Shown here: one piece after another, positions 27,741 to 41,310 of the stretch
How the letters are laid out: each line of letters starts with the position of its first letter
How positions within the stretch are numbered: the first letter of the stretch is position 1
Assembly (NCBI GenBank): GCA_964016885.1
Contig: OZ024745.1
Location: forward strand, 117,924,001 to 117,988,000
Length of the DNA: 64,000 nt
From: Eledone cirrhosa
Lineage: Eukaryota
Direction: 5' to 3'
Made by a program: the position numbers and the translations under genes
The notes under the pieces: generated by a model
Told to the model about the DNA's origin: nothing
The model's input: the letters and a program-made list of their open reading frames with translations, nothing else
The model's database searches: none

Positions 27741-27893
27741 AAGGCGGCAAATTGGCAGTATCTTTAGAACGTCGGATAGAATGCTTTGCGGTATTCGTTT
27801 CGGCTCTCTGAGTTCAAATCTTGCTGAGGTCAACTTTGCCTTTCATCCATTTGAGGTCGATAACATAAAGTACCAGTCCAGTACTGAGGTTGA
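27741..27893 (+). mobile_element. SINE family A (diverged)
   Basis: AAGGCGGCAAATTGGCAG head and core motif. Confidence 0.85.
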
Positions 27894-28567
27894 TTCTTCC
27901 TCTATATCCCTTTCTCACTTCCATTCTCCACTCTCTATTCTTCTCTGGAAGAAATCTGCTATATTCAGACCTGCAAACGGATGAGCTCCGCCAGGTATAA
28001 AATGCCCTAGAACTGCTGTATGCCAATATAGTGTTCCTACGAATCCTTCAGGTGTTACGGGACCAGCCCTCCATCCATATATCTCTATTATTTTTTCGCT
28101 GCTATGGCATAATCTAAAATTGTTAATGCAGATTGGTTATTTGAAAACATTGTTGTCATTTTTCAATCCGGTATTTAGTATTTATCTTTTGTCCTGAATG
28201 GTGAAGAATTATCCGTTTAAGTGCGATGTAATGAATCAATTACAAGTCAAAGAAAGGCTTCTCCCCCTCCGTGTTAACATTAACGACATTTTCGTTTGTT
28301 TTCAAATATCTAGTTGCTACTGGTGCAGCTGACAAATACGCTTTCTATGTTTGCAACATTTTAGTTAAGCATCTAAATATTGATAAACGAACTGAATGTC
28401 AAGCTGAGTGGAAGGCATTCATTTGTGGTCTTTCAAGATTACGTTCCGCTCACCTAGACATTCAATTCTTTTATCAATATTTAAATTAACTAAAATGTTG
28501 CATCTTTATTTATTTCATAAACAAGAGGTATTGTTTTTCTATATTTGTTGGTTATAATATTATTATT

Positions 28568-28948
28568 AAAGCGGCGGATTGGCAGTATCGGTAGAGTCGG
28601 ACACCATGCTTTGCAGTATAGTTATGGCCCTTTACATTCTGAGTTCAAATCCCGCCGAGGTTAGCTTTGCCCTTCATCCTTACGTGATCGATAGATTAAA
28701 GCACCAGTGATATATTGATGTAATTGATGGCCTTGTTTCAAAAGTAGAAACATTATTAGCGGTGGGTTGGCAGTATCGGTAGAGGGTCGGACGCTATGCT
28801 TTGCAGCAAAGAGTTACGGCCCTTTATGATCTGAGTTCAAATCCCGCCGAGGTTAACTTTGCCTTTCATCCTTACGGGGGCGATAAAATAAAGTACCAGT
28901 AATATACTGGAATAAATGCTGGCCTTGTGCCAAGAGTAGAAACAATTA
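28568..28948 (+). mobile_element. Two tandem full-length SINE family A copies
   Basis: Head GCGG..TTGGCAGTATCGGTAGAG at ~28570 and ~28760. Confidence 0.92.
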
Positions 28949-29270
28949 TTATTAAGAGTTGATCATACTTATCGTTATGTACCTCATCAAGGCGACTGAA
29001 TTTGTCCGAGAACACAAACGTATAATTTGAGGATCTAAACATACCTATGTTTTGAGTAGCTTATTTTGAATAGGGTTGGAGTACTTACGAAAGTTAACCT
29101 TAGCTTCGAAATCTAGAAGGTCAGATTCGAAGGGGGGTTGCTCATTAAGGCAGAGTGAGTTAAACTATGCTTTTCTGTTGCGTCTGCCGTTTTAGCGTCG
29201 AATACTCTCGTTTCTTAGAGCGCACACCACCCTTCACATTTAAAGCCGAAGAAATTTCCATGAACCATTA

Positions 29271-29770
29271 CACCGTGTAACATATTTTTGTTCCCCGGTT
29301 CTAAGTGTCATTTCATGGATTGTTATATCCCATTATTATTAAAAAAAACACTATTATTTAATCAGAAGTTTGGGTTTGTGTCCAGGAGTTTGATATTTCG
29401 AAATTTTCATATTTTTCAAGAAAAAACACATTTAAAAAAAAATTATCAGTTCATATAATTAAATCAACAGAGTATATATTTATTTTATTACACAAGCTTA
29501 TCAAAAGCAAACAAGTAAAAACAAATAACACTTATAAAGCAACTTATACACGTCAGAAATTACTGGATTTCCTGGATTTGCGGTTGTAGTCCAGGTCGCA
29601 TTCCCGCACTAGCCCCCAGATATAGCCCCCCATCATTTTTTCATTGTAGTGGCCCTGTTACCTCCGCTCTATCTCTTTCACATGTTGGTGGAATCGTTCG
29701 CCTTGTTCTTCTGAGTAGGCGCCCATATTGTCCTTGAATTTTTCCAGGTGAGCGTCCAACATATGGAGTA
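29271..29770 (-). mobile_element. Chapaev3-like (CMC) DNA transposon 3' end with transposase C-terminus
   Basis: LHMLDAHLEKFKDNMGAYSEEQGERFHQHVKEIERR*QGHYNEKMMG.YIWGLVRE; candidate terminus CACCGTGTAAC at 29271. Confidence 0.72.
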
Positions 29771-29774
29771 AGAA

Positions 29775-29886
29775 TGAAAGGTCAAGCTAATCTCGGCGGG
29801 ATTTGAACTCAGAACGTAAAGGGTCGTAACTCGAGGCTGCAAACCATGTCGTCCGACACTCCACCGATACTACCAATCCACCGCCA
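29775..29886 (-). mobile_element. SINE family A, 5' half
   Basis: Reverse complement of the head and B-box. Confidence 0.85.
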
Positions 29887-31094
29887 TAATAAACGTTATA
29901 CTAACAACAACGATAACCACGACGATGATGATGATGATGATTTCTTTATTAACCAAAAAGAGTTGACAAAAAGCACATTAAGGATGGTGAATACGAGAAA
30001 TAAAAACAGATACGCAATGGGTAGCAATAAAAATCAGACAAAAAAAAATTCCCAGCAGAAAGAAGATTTCTAAGGGTTACCCGTGCAAAAATCCACAAAA
30101 AGCCACGGTCATCCTGGCACAAAGTCAAGTTCCTTCTTCCAGTTGTCTTCCTCCAATTTACTCACCTGTTCACATTGACCATACACGCCTGTAGCTTCTT
30201 CTTCTTCTTCTTCTTCTTCTTCTTCTTCTTCTTCTTCTTCTTCTTCTTCTTCTTCTTCTTCTTCTTCTTCTTCTTCTTTGGAAAACAAAAACAATCTCTA
30301 TAATAACAGATGCCTTGGGAATGATTCAAATTATGCTGACCCAATGAGTTAGAAATATTACTACGCCCTGAGCACGTAATGTCGAATACTGTCAATTCAA
30401 TAGAAAATATAAGACCAAAACCAAACACTGTACATAGCCAATGCATATAGAGCCACGTTCGGTAATACAATGAAACCAAGCAATAGATATAAGCACATGG
30501 AATTATATTCATAATAAAATGCTATGTTCAATGGTTGGAGTAAGTAAAATAATTTAAAAAGAACAACATATATTTGCTTCTGATACGGCCCACTGGGGGT
30601 TGAGTGTTTGAGGGCTCTGTCTCCACGACCCTGTCTGGAATAAGTGGGAGAAGAAGAGAAACATATATTAATGAATTTATATATAAATTTCTGCGATTCT
30701 GTCACAACATGTAAAGAGAAAGAAGTAGTTTGACTACCTCATACTACTCCTCTCTCTTTACGTCTGCTGCCTGCGTGAATGTATCTGTATGTGGAAGGAA
30801 GGGGTGGTGAAAAACTATAGCAAAATAGCGTCTGGCGTTCCATTTGTTATGCTGTGTATGTGTTTGTGTGAATGTAGGTGTGTGTTTGTGTGGATGTGTG
30901 TGTTTGTATGAATATATGTCTGTGTGTATTTTTGTAAGTGTGTCTGTGTTTGCGCGTTTATATTTATATACCCATACATATAAATGTATGCATATGTATA
31001 TACACACATGCACACACACGTACGCGTCAGCGTTCTGAAAAAATCCTAGTATAATAAAACCTCAACACGATTTTACTTCATAAGTGTTATCATG

Positions 31095-31440
31095 CTTGAG
31101 TGGTTAAAACATTCGGTTAGCAATCATGAGATTCCGGGTTCAATCCTACTGCGTGACCTATTGGGCAAATCTTTACCATAACCTTGAGTCAACCCAACCT
31201 TTGTAAGTAAAATTCTTGTTGACAGAAACTCTGTGAGGAAGCCTGTCGAATAGATTTTACCTGTATTTCCAAGGTGAAGGCTTGTCATATATTGCGTCAC
31301 GCTTACTTTACCTGAGAATTACATTATGGGTACATATGCATGTGGAATACTCAACCACTTACACGTTAATTCCCGGGTCCTGTGTTCAGATTTTCGAACG
31401 ACTGAATGCTCATCGTCGAAACCGACGGAGGATCAATCAT
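31095..31440 (+). mobile_element. tRNA-derived SINE family C (diverged)
   Basis: GAGTGGTTAA A-box-like and GGGTTCAATCC B-box, CORE-like TTGGGCAA segment. Confidence 0.6.
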
Positions 31441-32473
31441 TATTAAAAATTATACTCATCCAATTAGGTATGGAATTGTGGCTTCTTAGTGCATCAAAAT
31501 GTTCTTTGAACAGAACCTTAGCTTTGTTTGTGTTTCTCTCTATTAAACGTCATAGACCACAAGCTGTCTACACCCGTTACATCTGTTTAAATTATTAAAC
31601 CTGATATAATGACTTTTTTCTTTAATGATATTTAATGAAGTTTTCCTAAAGAGGAATATTAGTCGCTTCTATTTGTGATACGCAGTCGAAATAATTTAGT
31701 TTACATTGATGCAACTATGTATTGTTAGTTTATTGTTTGTTTCTGTTTTTGATGATTTTAATGACGTTAAACATTCGGCAATATACACTTTGATGCGAAT
31801 CACAGCTCCTTTTGTTCAGTTAACTATATCTAGTTGATTCAATATAGTATAAACACGAAAGGAATGTGTATAGTTAATGAACTAGACATCACGAACTGAA
31901 CGGAACCTTATAAACCTTGAAAACCCAGGTTTAATCTTAAAGCGCCCAAGCCAGATTTTAACTCTAAAAGACTCGTTAGCTCCTCTAGGTTGGACATAGG
32001 CAGAACAAATAAAACGATATCCAAAAGAAGGTAGGACTAAGCTTATGGGGGAAATATTGATGAGGTAATCTAATGGTTTGGTGGATTGACCAATAAAACA
32101 TATCAGATTCTTATATTTAGATATTAACAATTACTACCCTTCAATATCACTTATTCTATGACCTTAATACTAACTAGAAAAATGATGACCTAATTAGGAA
32201 ATATATATTATTTCAGCTGTTAGATGTATAATTTTTGAACTATAGAAATGATATAGTGAGGCTTTATATATTGTTTAAATTAAAGAAGATCCCAGCCTAG
32301 GCGGTGTTTTATATCAAGACCACACTTTATACACACGGGTGCAGTTACTCTACATTACAAAACACGTATTTGTTTTAACTTAGGTCTACCAATCAGAGAA
32401 TAAACTTATAGAGAACAATCACAGAAAAGTTAATTTTTAAATGTCACCTTATTGCAACTCTTGCAATATGTGG

Positions 32474-32524
<51 letters not shown>

Positions 32525-32611
32525 CTTTATTGCTACTCTCACAAGTTTATATGTGTGACATGCATGTGTCAAGGAGCGGCCAGCGCCTGGGCCCCTATTT
32601 GCTCATAATTA

Positions 32612-32822
32612 CTTCTAGTAACACAAGGCCAGTAATTTGGAGGAGGGGAAAGTCGATTAAATCGAACCCAGTACGTTACTGGTACTTTATTTTATCGACC
32701 CCGTAAGGATGAAAGGCAAAGTTAACCTCAGCGGGATTTGAACTCAGCCCGTAAAGGGCCGTAACTCTATGTCACAAAGCATATTGTCTGATGCTCTACC
32801 GATATTGCCAATCCACCGCCCC
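32612..32822 (-). mobile_element. SINE family A
   Basis: Reverse complement of the full consensus. Confidence 0.92.
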
Positions 32823-33355
32823 CTTGTGAAAGATGGGGAGAGCGGGAGAGAAGGAGGCAGTGAAACTGGAAGTTTGATTCCTTTGTGTTCGGATCTGGTG
32901 TATATGTATGTTTCACGGACACACACTACTACTAAGATATAAATAGATTTACTGAACAAAGAGATGTATTAGTTAAATAAAATAGATGGATAAACGATAA
33001 ACAAACAAGAGAAAAAGATATATGAAAAGATATATTGACAGGCAAACATTTATAGACAGACATGAAAGAATTTCGAAGAGAAAAATACCGTGGATGACAG
33101 GAAATTCAATTTTTCCCCGGAGAGCATTGAGAAGAATAGCAAAGTAGAAGGGCAGAATAGGTTAAATGTTTGTACAACGTTGTCAGACGTCGAATGTCAT
33201 CACAATTATTTCATAAAACGAATCCTCGTCACAATAATAGTATTATTGAAAGATGAAACCTTCGATGTTTAGGGTTGTATTTGGCACTTTTACGTTTTGG
33301 TATCTAAACAAATACAGCATCTATGCAAATACGCACACACACACAGACACACACA

Positions 33356-33422
<67 letters not shown>

Positions 33423-33464
33423 GTCCATGTACATATAGTCATATATATATATGCGTACACACAC

Positions 33465-33523
<59 letters not shown>

Positions 33524-33589
33524 TATGTATATATAGGCATATATATATGCGTACGCACAAACACACATATATATTATTCATTAATTCAC

Positions 33590-34820
33590 CGATATCGCCC
33601 TCTGTGGAGCATAGGCCATTGACGGCCCTCCACCATTGTACATGATCCTGGGCAGCTCTCACCACTTCATTGCAGTTGGCTTCCAGTTTTCGTAATTCAG
33701 CCTCAGAGCCTCAGTGTCATGACTCCAGCTGCCATGGGGCCAGCCCCTCTTCCTCTTACTCTGCAGGTTCCATGTCAGGTCTTGGTATGTGGTGCTGGAT
33801 GTTGGTTTCCTGTGGGTATGTCCAATCCACTTCCTGTGTAGAATCTGTTTCACCACTGGTTCCTGTCCTACTCACTCCCACAGATCTTTTTTTCTGATCT
33901 TCTCCGGCCATCTGATGTTGTAGATGTACCTCAGACAGGTGTTGAAGAATGTCTGGATCTTCTGCTGCATATTCTTTGTTGTCAAGTTTCACATCTATAC
34001 AGCAATACCACCTTCATTTTGGAGTTGAAGAGGCGAAGTTTAGTTCTTGGGAAGATCTCTTTTGATGCCCAGACATTCTTTAGCATAATGAAAGCTGCTC
34101 TGCCTTGCCAATCCTGGCTGTGACAACTCAGTCGGTTCCGCCACGTCGATCAACCACACTTCCCAGGTAGATAAATGACTCCACCTCTCTGATGGGCTCT
34201 CCACTGACTGTGACTGATGTGTTGGTAGTATTTTTTTTCTTGTTTACCTTGAGCCCTGTCGCGACTAACGTGGTCTCCAAGCATTAGGTCTTGTCCTGTA
34301 TCTGGTCGTAACTGTCTGACAAGAGTGCCAGGTCATTAGCAAAATCGAGGTCAACCAGTTGTGTCCACTGTATACCATTGTTCCTGTCTGTTGTAGTGGA
34401 TTTTTATCCAATCAATGACCAAGGGGAAGAGGAACTGTGACAGCAAACATCCCCGAGGAGCTCCGATCTTCACCACGAGACTCTCTAACAGTTGGCTGAC
34501 GTGGAGCGATCTTACAGCTCATGTCTTGCTAAGCACAGTGACTGCTCTACAATGAGGTGTAGGCTGGTAATCTGATCTACAAGGTCTGTTCCTGTGGAAT
34601 CCCACCTGCTGATCCTGAAGATTGGGGTCGACTGCTTTCCTTTATCTTCTCCAGTAGAACTCTGTTGAGAACCTTGCCCGGCATTGACAAGAAGATGATC
34701 CCTCGGTGGTTGTTGCAGTCCCTGAGGTCACGTTTCTTTGGCAGTTTGATGATGATCCCTTCCTTCCACTGCGTCAGGGCATCTTCCTTCTCCCTGATCT
34801 TACTGAAGAGTCTGTGTAAC
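33590..34820 (-). mobile_element. RTE-clade LINE 3' half (RT and C-terminus), decayed
   Basis: KLPKKRDLRDCNNHRGIIFLSMPGK; DLDFANDLAL; WIGHTHRKP; RKRGWP. Confidence 0.9.
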
Positions 34821-34909
34821 TTGTCTAAAAATCGCTGATCGTTAGAAGTTACGTCACTCGATTTTGATTACAGTTGATACCCCACTATTACTACGACGAT
34901 TACTATTAC

Positions 34910-34964
<55 letters not shown>

Positions 34965-35039
34965 GTTGCATTTATCTTGGTTTATGTTCATACGAGTTAT
35001 CACCAAGTCACAACCAGTGACCTCAAGAGACAACAAGGT

Positions 35040-35245
35040 CCGTACATATCAATTAGCAGACATACCCTCTTTTTAAAGTCCTTCAGTATTATATCAGGTC
35101 TATTTGCATCTATTTTTCGGTCTGTTTGGATGCTAAAGTTCCACAAGATTGAGATGTGATCTTTTTCAAGTATGGGAGGTGGTTGATGCTCCCACCAATT
35201 CTTTTGATGGCGCACGTCAAAATGCTTACACATTATCCAATGGGT
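35040..35245 (-). mobile_element. R4/Dong-like RLE fragment
   Basis: WWEHQPPPILE...ILWNFSIQTDRKIDANRPDIILKD...CLLIDM. Confidence 0.85.
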
Positions 35246-35468
35246 ATTCCGCCGTGGTTAACTTTGCCTTTCATCCTTACGGGATCGATAAAATAAAGTA
35301 CCAGTAATGTACTGGTTAATTGCTGGCCTTGTGCCAATAGTAGAAACAATTATTATTATTATTATTATTATTTTTATTATCATTCATGCTATTATTATTA
35401 TTGTTTTCATTTATGTTATTCTCCCATGTATCTATAAATACTAGTGCACTCTATCATGTACACCGATC

Positions 35469-35573
35469 AGTATTCTGATGATTTGGTCTGGTATCGACTG
35501 TAATTAAAATCGAGTAGTGTAACTTCTAACGATCAGCATATTTTAGACACACCAGAATACAATTGTTAATACT
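35469..35573 (+). ncRNA. Degenerate type I hammerhead with long stem-loop II
   Basis: agtatt CTGATGA tttggt...acca GAATA caattg TT aatact: stem I and palindromic stem III intact, GAAA interrupted by a T. Confidence 0.6.
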
Positions 35574-35625
35574 TAAAATAAACCCTATTGTACAGCCGAT
35601 CCACGTTCGTTATTCTTCACTCATT

Positions 35626-35729
<104 letters not shown>

Positions 35730-35735
35730 GGCTTC

Positions 35736-35831
35736 AAAAATATGGAACGCTTCACGAATTTGCGTGTCACCCTTGCGCAGGAGCCATGCTAATTTTCTCT
35801 GTATCGTTCCAATTTTAGAATATGTACTGCC
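35736..35831 (-). pseudogene. U6: U6 snRNA pseudogene, 5'-truncated
   Basis: GGCAGTACATATTCTAAAATTGGAACGATACAGAGAAAATTAGCATGGCTCCTGCGCAAGGGTGACACGCAAATTCGTGAAGCGTTCCATATTTTT; lacks the first ~11 nt and has substitutions at conserved positions. Confidence 0.95.
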
Positions 35832-35840
35832 ATATACATA

Positions 35841-36052
35841 TAAGCGCCGAAACATCTAGGATTTCGGTTTACAGCTGATGAAAGATTTCTTCTCTTGTCT
35901 CATCCATACTATCATCTTAAACTTTGTTTACCACACAGCTCATTTCGTTTCTTATAATTCTGTATTTACCGCTGTGACCCCGCTCTACCTGTTTTGCTCG
36001 ATCTGTGGTCCCACCACGCTTTCATATCGAAAATCCCCTTCTCTCTCTTCCC

Positions 36053-36126
<74 letters not shown>

Positions 36127-36507
36127 ACTTCGATTGAGGTGACACGGTAACACTGGGCTCCTGTAATCGCACCCCCAGACTTAAGTCTAATCGGTTCGTT
36201 ATAACTTATTCTATTCTATTTTTTCCTCGGCTACTCACTTGCATGTTCCATTGTTCCCCACCATTTGGTCTGTTTACATGTTTTTTCTCTTTCTTCCTCT
36301 CTCCTTATTACTTTCCCCTTTTTTCTTCTTTTTTCCTTTCTTTCCCTCCTGACATGGGGCGCGCCGCTGGTCGCTTTTAGACGTCCTGTATTAAGCGCCG
36401 AAACATCTAGGATCTCGGTTTACAGCTGATGAAGGTTTTCTTCTCTTGTATTGTCCATACTACCATCTTAAACTTTGTTTACAATAACCACACAGCTCAT
36501 TTTGTTT

Positions 36508-36508
<1 letters not shown>
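35841..36508 (+). mobile_element. Non-coding element with ~110-bp terminal direct repeats (partial tandem, pLTR-like)
   Basis: TAAGCGCCGAAACATCTAGGAT...CACACAGCTCATTT at 35841 and again at ~36392; TA-rich flanks. Confidence 0.65.
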
Positions 36509-36538
<30 letters not shown>

Positions 36539-36763
36539 TATATGAATAAAGTTAGTCCTTCATCAGTGATCTTCCAACTATCATTGGTATTTCATCGCTT
36601 TAAAGACCATATACCTCCGGTTGGTGCGAGCAATGGCTAAAAAAAGTCGTTGGGACACGTAAATAAAGGGGACACGAGAGTGTAAACAAACAAAGATGGT
36701 GAAGCAACGAAAAATGAGGAAGAAAGAGTCAAGTCCCAAATTTCCATGAATATAAGTTCGGTG

Positions 36764-36842
<79 letters not shown>

Positions 36843-38508
36843 GTTCGCTCCAGCATAGCTGTATATACATGTATGTAAAGTTTGTATATCGAATAATATA
36901 CAATATGTTCACGAATAAATATTTGAAAGCCTTTAGCTATGAATTTTGATGACTGACGCCTTATATATATTCCATGTGATTCAACTTTTCCCTAGGTCAG
37001 ACAAAATCGCTAGTGTCAGGAAATTACGCTGTACTGAGAACAATTATTATCTAAACTAGCAGAAAAACCACCCAAAGCATGTGTAGCGTGCATATTGATA
37101 TTATAGGCAATATAACCGTTATGATATAACGATGCAAATATATGAACGTTTATCTAAGCGTTATAATATAGCGTCCGTTATATCATAACCGGAATATTGA
37201 CATTTCAAAATATTAAAAGAAGTGAACCTTAAAATAAACAATCATTATATATAAGAATATTTATGTTTAATTAACAACTACGAAATTTAGTACATAAATT
37301 ATGTAGTATTCATTCTTTATTTATTCAAAAATCCGACTTATTTTACTAACAGAATAAAACATTATATTCAGGACATAGTCCCCTACTCCTCCCTTTATTA
37401 TATTATGATGATGACTAATTCTGGTAATAAAAAAAGAAGCGAAGACAACCCGAAATTGAATGAATCGGTGTTAATTCATAAAGATTTTATAAATTCTCTT
37501 GACACTTAAAAAATATGATTCACTGATATGGTTTAATAATACAGAAACACGATCGGATTGCTATATATATTAAAATTTATTAGTTAAACCTTCAGGGTTC
37601 TCTCCCTTGAATGATTTGACCAGAAGATTGTTTTTAAGATTAAGTGCATGGTTTTCTTTAATTAAAATTTCCTGTTTCACAACATAAATTATGCCAGCAA
37701 TCACATTATTAAGTGTTCATGCAGCAATCGTCTCTCGTAATTTTCTCCAGTAATTCTTTAATTCATTGAAGATTATTGTAGTGAGTCTATTTGTTTTATA
37801 ATTTATGTTTTTGTAGTTTTAGTGAATTCTTGTAATTGTGTTCATATTTTCAAGAGTTTGTCATCAATATTTACGCTGTGACAATCTTCTCCTGTTTCCA
37901 TATCTTATCACCAGCCACTCACCTCACATTGTAATGCATCTCTATACGTCTAACAGTAATTATATAACAGAATTCTATTATTGTAGGTTCTTTTCTTCCA
38001 TTAAGTCGTGACAAGTAGCCATTGAGTGTCACGTGTCACATTTAACGACATGGATTCAATTTATATTTCTCCCCCTCTCTCTCCTCATTATGTCCGTCAC
38101 AGAATCCTCTTCATTATATTACTCTTCGCAACACACTCTACTCTATTGTTTTTTTTGTCTATCTCATAAAATTTAACTCTTTCTATTATCTATCTTGCGC
38201 CTTCTTCTTCTTCTTCTTCTTCTTCTTCTTCTTCTTCTTCTTCTTCTTCTTCTTCTTTTTCTTTTTCTTTTTCTTCTTCTTTGTAAACCCTAGGTGTTTC
38301 ATTTCTGTGGCCTTACTAGATATATTCTATTACGTCTGATATTGGGAAGCCGGGGATCACGTGTGTAATTGTGCCTTCCCCATCTCCACATACTCTACAG
38401 TTAATATATTCTACTTCATTATGTGTTTTTAGTGCTTTCTTATGAGGAGCTTTTCATATTGCAATTAAATCCTCTTCAGTCTTATTTCCAGTCCTCCGCT
38501 TCCTATGC

Positions 38509-38861
38509 CAGCGGTCGCCAACCTATACCAGCGGTCGCCAACATATACCAGCGGTCACCAACCTATACCAACGGTCGCCAACCTATACCAGCGGTCGCCA
38601 ACCTATACCAGCGGTCGCCAACCTATACCAGCGGTCGCCAACCTATACCAGCGGTTGCCAACCTTTCGAACCTCACCGTCCACTAAATTCATAATTTTAA
38701 ATCCCGCGCTCCACTAATATGAATTTTTTTTAAAAGATAAATATATTTGTAAACAAATGATGGGAGAACTTCCATTTTATTAATATGAAATGCACCTATT
38801 AAATATAACAAAATTATAAATGCCAACCGGTGGTCAGTGGAGCACCGGTTGGCGACCATTG
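38509..38861. mobile_element. hAT-type MITE whose left TIR is amplified into 8 x 20-bp units
   Basis: Left CAGCGGTCGCCAACC, right GGTTGGCGACCATTG; flanks tcctatgc / tcctagcc (6/8 match, TSD-like). Confidence 0.75.
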
Positions 38862-38960
38862 TCCTAGCCATTATTATAGATTACCATTTTGTATTTCTTT
38901 CCTTTTCATCTATTTTCGGTATTGGCCATGTAGAGCAGTCAATAATATATATATATATAT

Positions 38961-39153
38961 AATTGTTTCTACTTTAGGCACACGGCCAGCAATTACCTAG
39001 TGTATTACTGGTACTTTATTTTATCGACCCCCATAAGGATGAAAGGCAAACTTAACCTCGGCGGGATTTGAACTCAGAAAGGCAAGGGCCGTAGCTCTCT
39101 GCGTCAAAGCATGGCGTCCAACCCTCTACCGATACTGCCAATCCACCGCCCTT
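38961..39153 (-). mobile_element. SINE family A
   Basis: Reverse complement of the full consensus, in TA-rich flanks. Confidence 0.92.
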
Positions 39154-39399
39154 TATATATATATATATAATATATGGAGAATAGGATAGGCTGTGTAGTT
39201 GCTAGCTAAGGTAGGCTTAAACATGGAATAAGAAGAAAGCAAGAACACAGGGGGGGGGGGGCTAGTTTTCCTCATATGTTATCTACCCCCTCCCCCCCCC
39301 CCCCCTCATGCTTTCTTATTCTCATTCCATTTTTAAGCCTACCTTAACTATATTAATTGTTCCAATTAGAGAGGGATCTCCTTGTTAAGCCACCCCGGT

Positions 39400-39630
39400 A
39401 AAGTCTATGTTAAGTGTCTGGCAAAGAGATGCAGAGAGATTGTCGAGTCCAAGCTAGCTGATGAACAGTGTGGTTTTCTCCTCGGACACAGCACAGCCGT
39501 CCAAATATTCACACTGCGGCAGGAATTTGAGAAATCGTGGGAGTATTGCCAAGAATAATAGTCTTGTTTTGTCGACATTGAACAGGCATATGACCGCGTT
39601 CCTCGGGACCTGTAGTGGAAGGCTGTGTAC
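39400..39630 (+). mobile_element. RTE RT fragment
   Basis: KLADEQCGF..HSTAVQIFTLRQEFEKSWEY..CFVDIEQAYDRVPR. Confidence 0.8.
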
Positions 39631-39631
39631 A

Positions 39632-39710
<79 letters not shown>

Positions 39711-39827
39711 AAATCATATATAAAAGCATGCAACACCTCACGGTTAAGTATTACAGAGTTAAATGTGGTTCAAACCGAAGAACAGTCTTCCCATCACATC
39801 CCACTCACGCATATATATATATATATA

Positions 39828-40803
39828 TCACTTTTGAGCTGACTTTTGGGAGGCTCCCATACAGCTCTGAGTTTTTCATCCTCAGTGTATACTGATTAAT
39901 GTTCAGAGCCATCCTCAGCATTCTCGTGTAGCACCCATCCACCATCTGAGTGAGTTTCTTGGTCAGTGTCAAAGTCTCAGACCCGTACAGCAGCTCAGAC
40001 TCCACTACAGCAATGAAGAGTCGGATTTTCAGGTCTTTACGAAGGTCTGACTTCCACACCGATCTCTAGCTGTGGCACGCCGCCTAGGCTTTGCTCTTCC
40101 TCTCAACCACATCATCGTCCATATTCCCAATCTTTGCTCCCAAATACAGGAAGTTCTCAACAAATTCTAGCGGCTTCCCGCCTACATTAGTGATCCCCTC
40201 TGGCTTCTCAACATTCTCTACCAGATATTTTGTTTTAGTCTCATTCATTCTCAGTCCCACACTCATCGACACAGTCTCAACCTCCTGCATCAAATCCTCT
40301 GCTTCCTTCACTGTATTTGTCACCAAAACTATGTCGTCGGCAAATTCAGCATCTGATATCTTTTTCGCCTTAACTCTCCTGCTCTGAGCCGGTGCTACAG
40401 TAAAGCCAGAGTCCTGGTGTTTCTCCAGTGCAAGGCGCATACAATAGTCCACTACGATGATAAAAAGGTAGGGAGCCAATGTATTTCCCTGGAGCACTCC
40501 AGCCATTATCTCAAACAACTCTGTCATGCCATCAGGTGTAATGACTTGGGCTCAAAAGTGACACAGAGGTGACTGAGATTAGCTGGAGAGGCTCACCGAC
40601 ATCCAGAGTTGACATTGCACTGAGTGCTCCCGTGGGAGCCCCTACATGGACACACTGGAAGAAGAAGACGAAGGTTAACGTATGTTGATGCCCTAAGGAC
40701 AGACACTGGTCTGTTGGAGATGCAGGACATGGCCGCGATAATGAGGGACAGAGATAGCTGGAGAGAACTCGTCGATGGATCTCGGGAATTTTACCCGCCC
40801 TAG
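39828..40803. mobile_element. RTE-like LINE insertion with 5' inversion
   Basis: 39828-40553(-) encodes QVITPDG..GVLQGNTLAPYLF..EFADD..LPKVSSKV; 40550-40803(+) continues SKVTQR*LRLAG..RDRDSWRELV..*. Confidence 0.88.
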
Positions 40804-41048
40804 AGACATATATATATATCAACTAGAAATCGATTGGCATACACACACATATATATATATAATAAACATATGAAACAATCACAGGGGATAATGTTTAAAG
40901 AGTGTAATCACACATAGCTAGGTAGATAACTAATTAAAGTTTAACTAGAACTTCAAATATAGATACCTTTTAAAATGATTAATCTCCTTTGTATATATTT
41001 TATTAAATAAAGAAATATATTTCACCATCAATCGGTGAATCACAGTAG

Positions 41049-41130
<82 letters not shown>

Positions 41131-41243
41131 ATCGATTTCTAGTTGATATAAATGCTTGGATCTATACATTGGAATCTTTGAGCGTATTCTACAGAGGTTA
41201 TGGAGCTTGTCTCTCAGACATAACACCCATAATTTAATTTTGG

Positions 41244-41310
<67 letters not shown>

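Noticed and set aside
31882-32130. ORF with FIGQSTKPL, faintly GIY-YIG-like
   Set aside because: A single short motif, not enough to call without a profile search.
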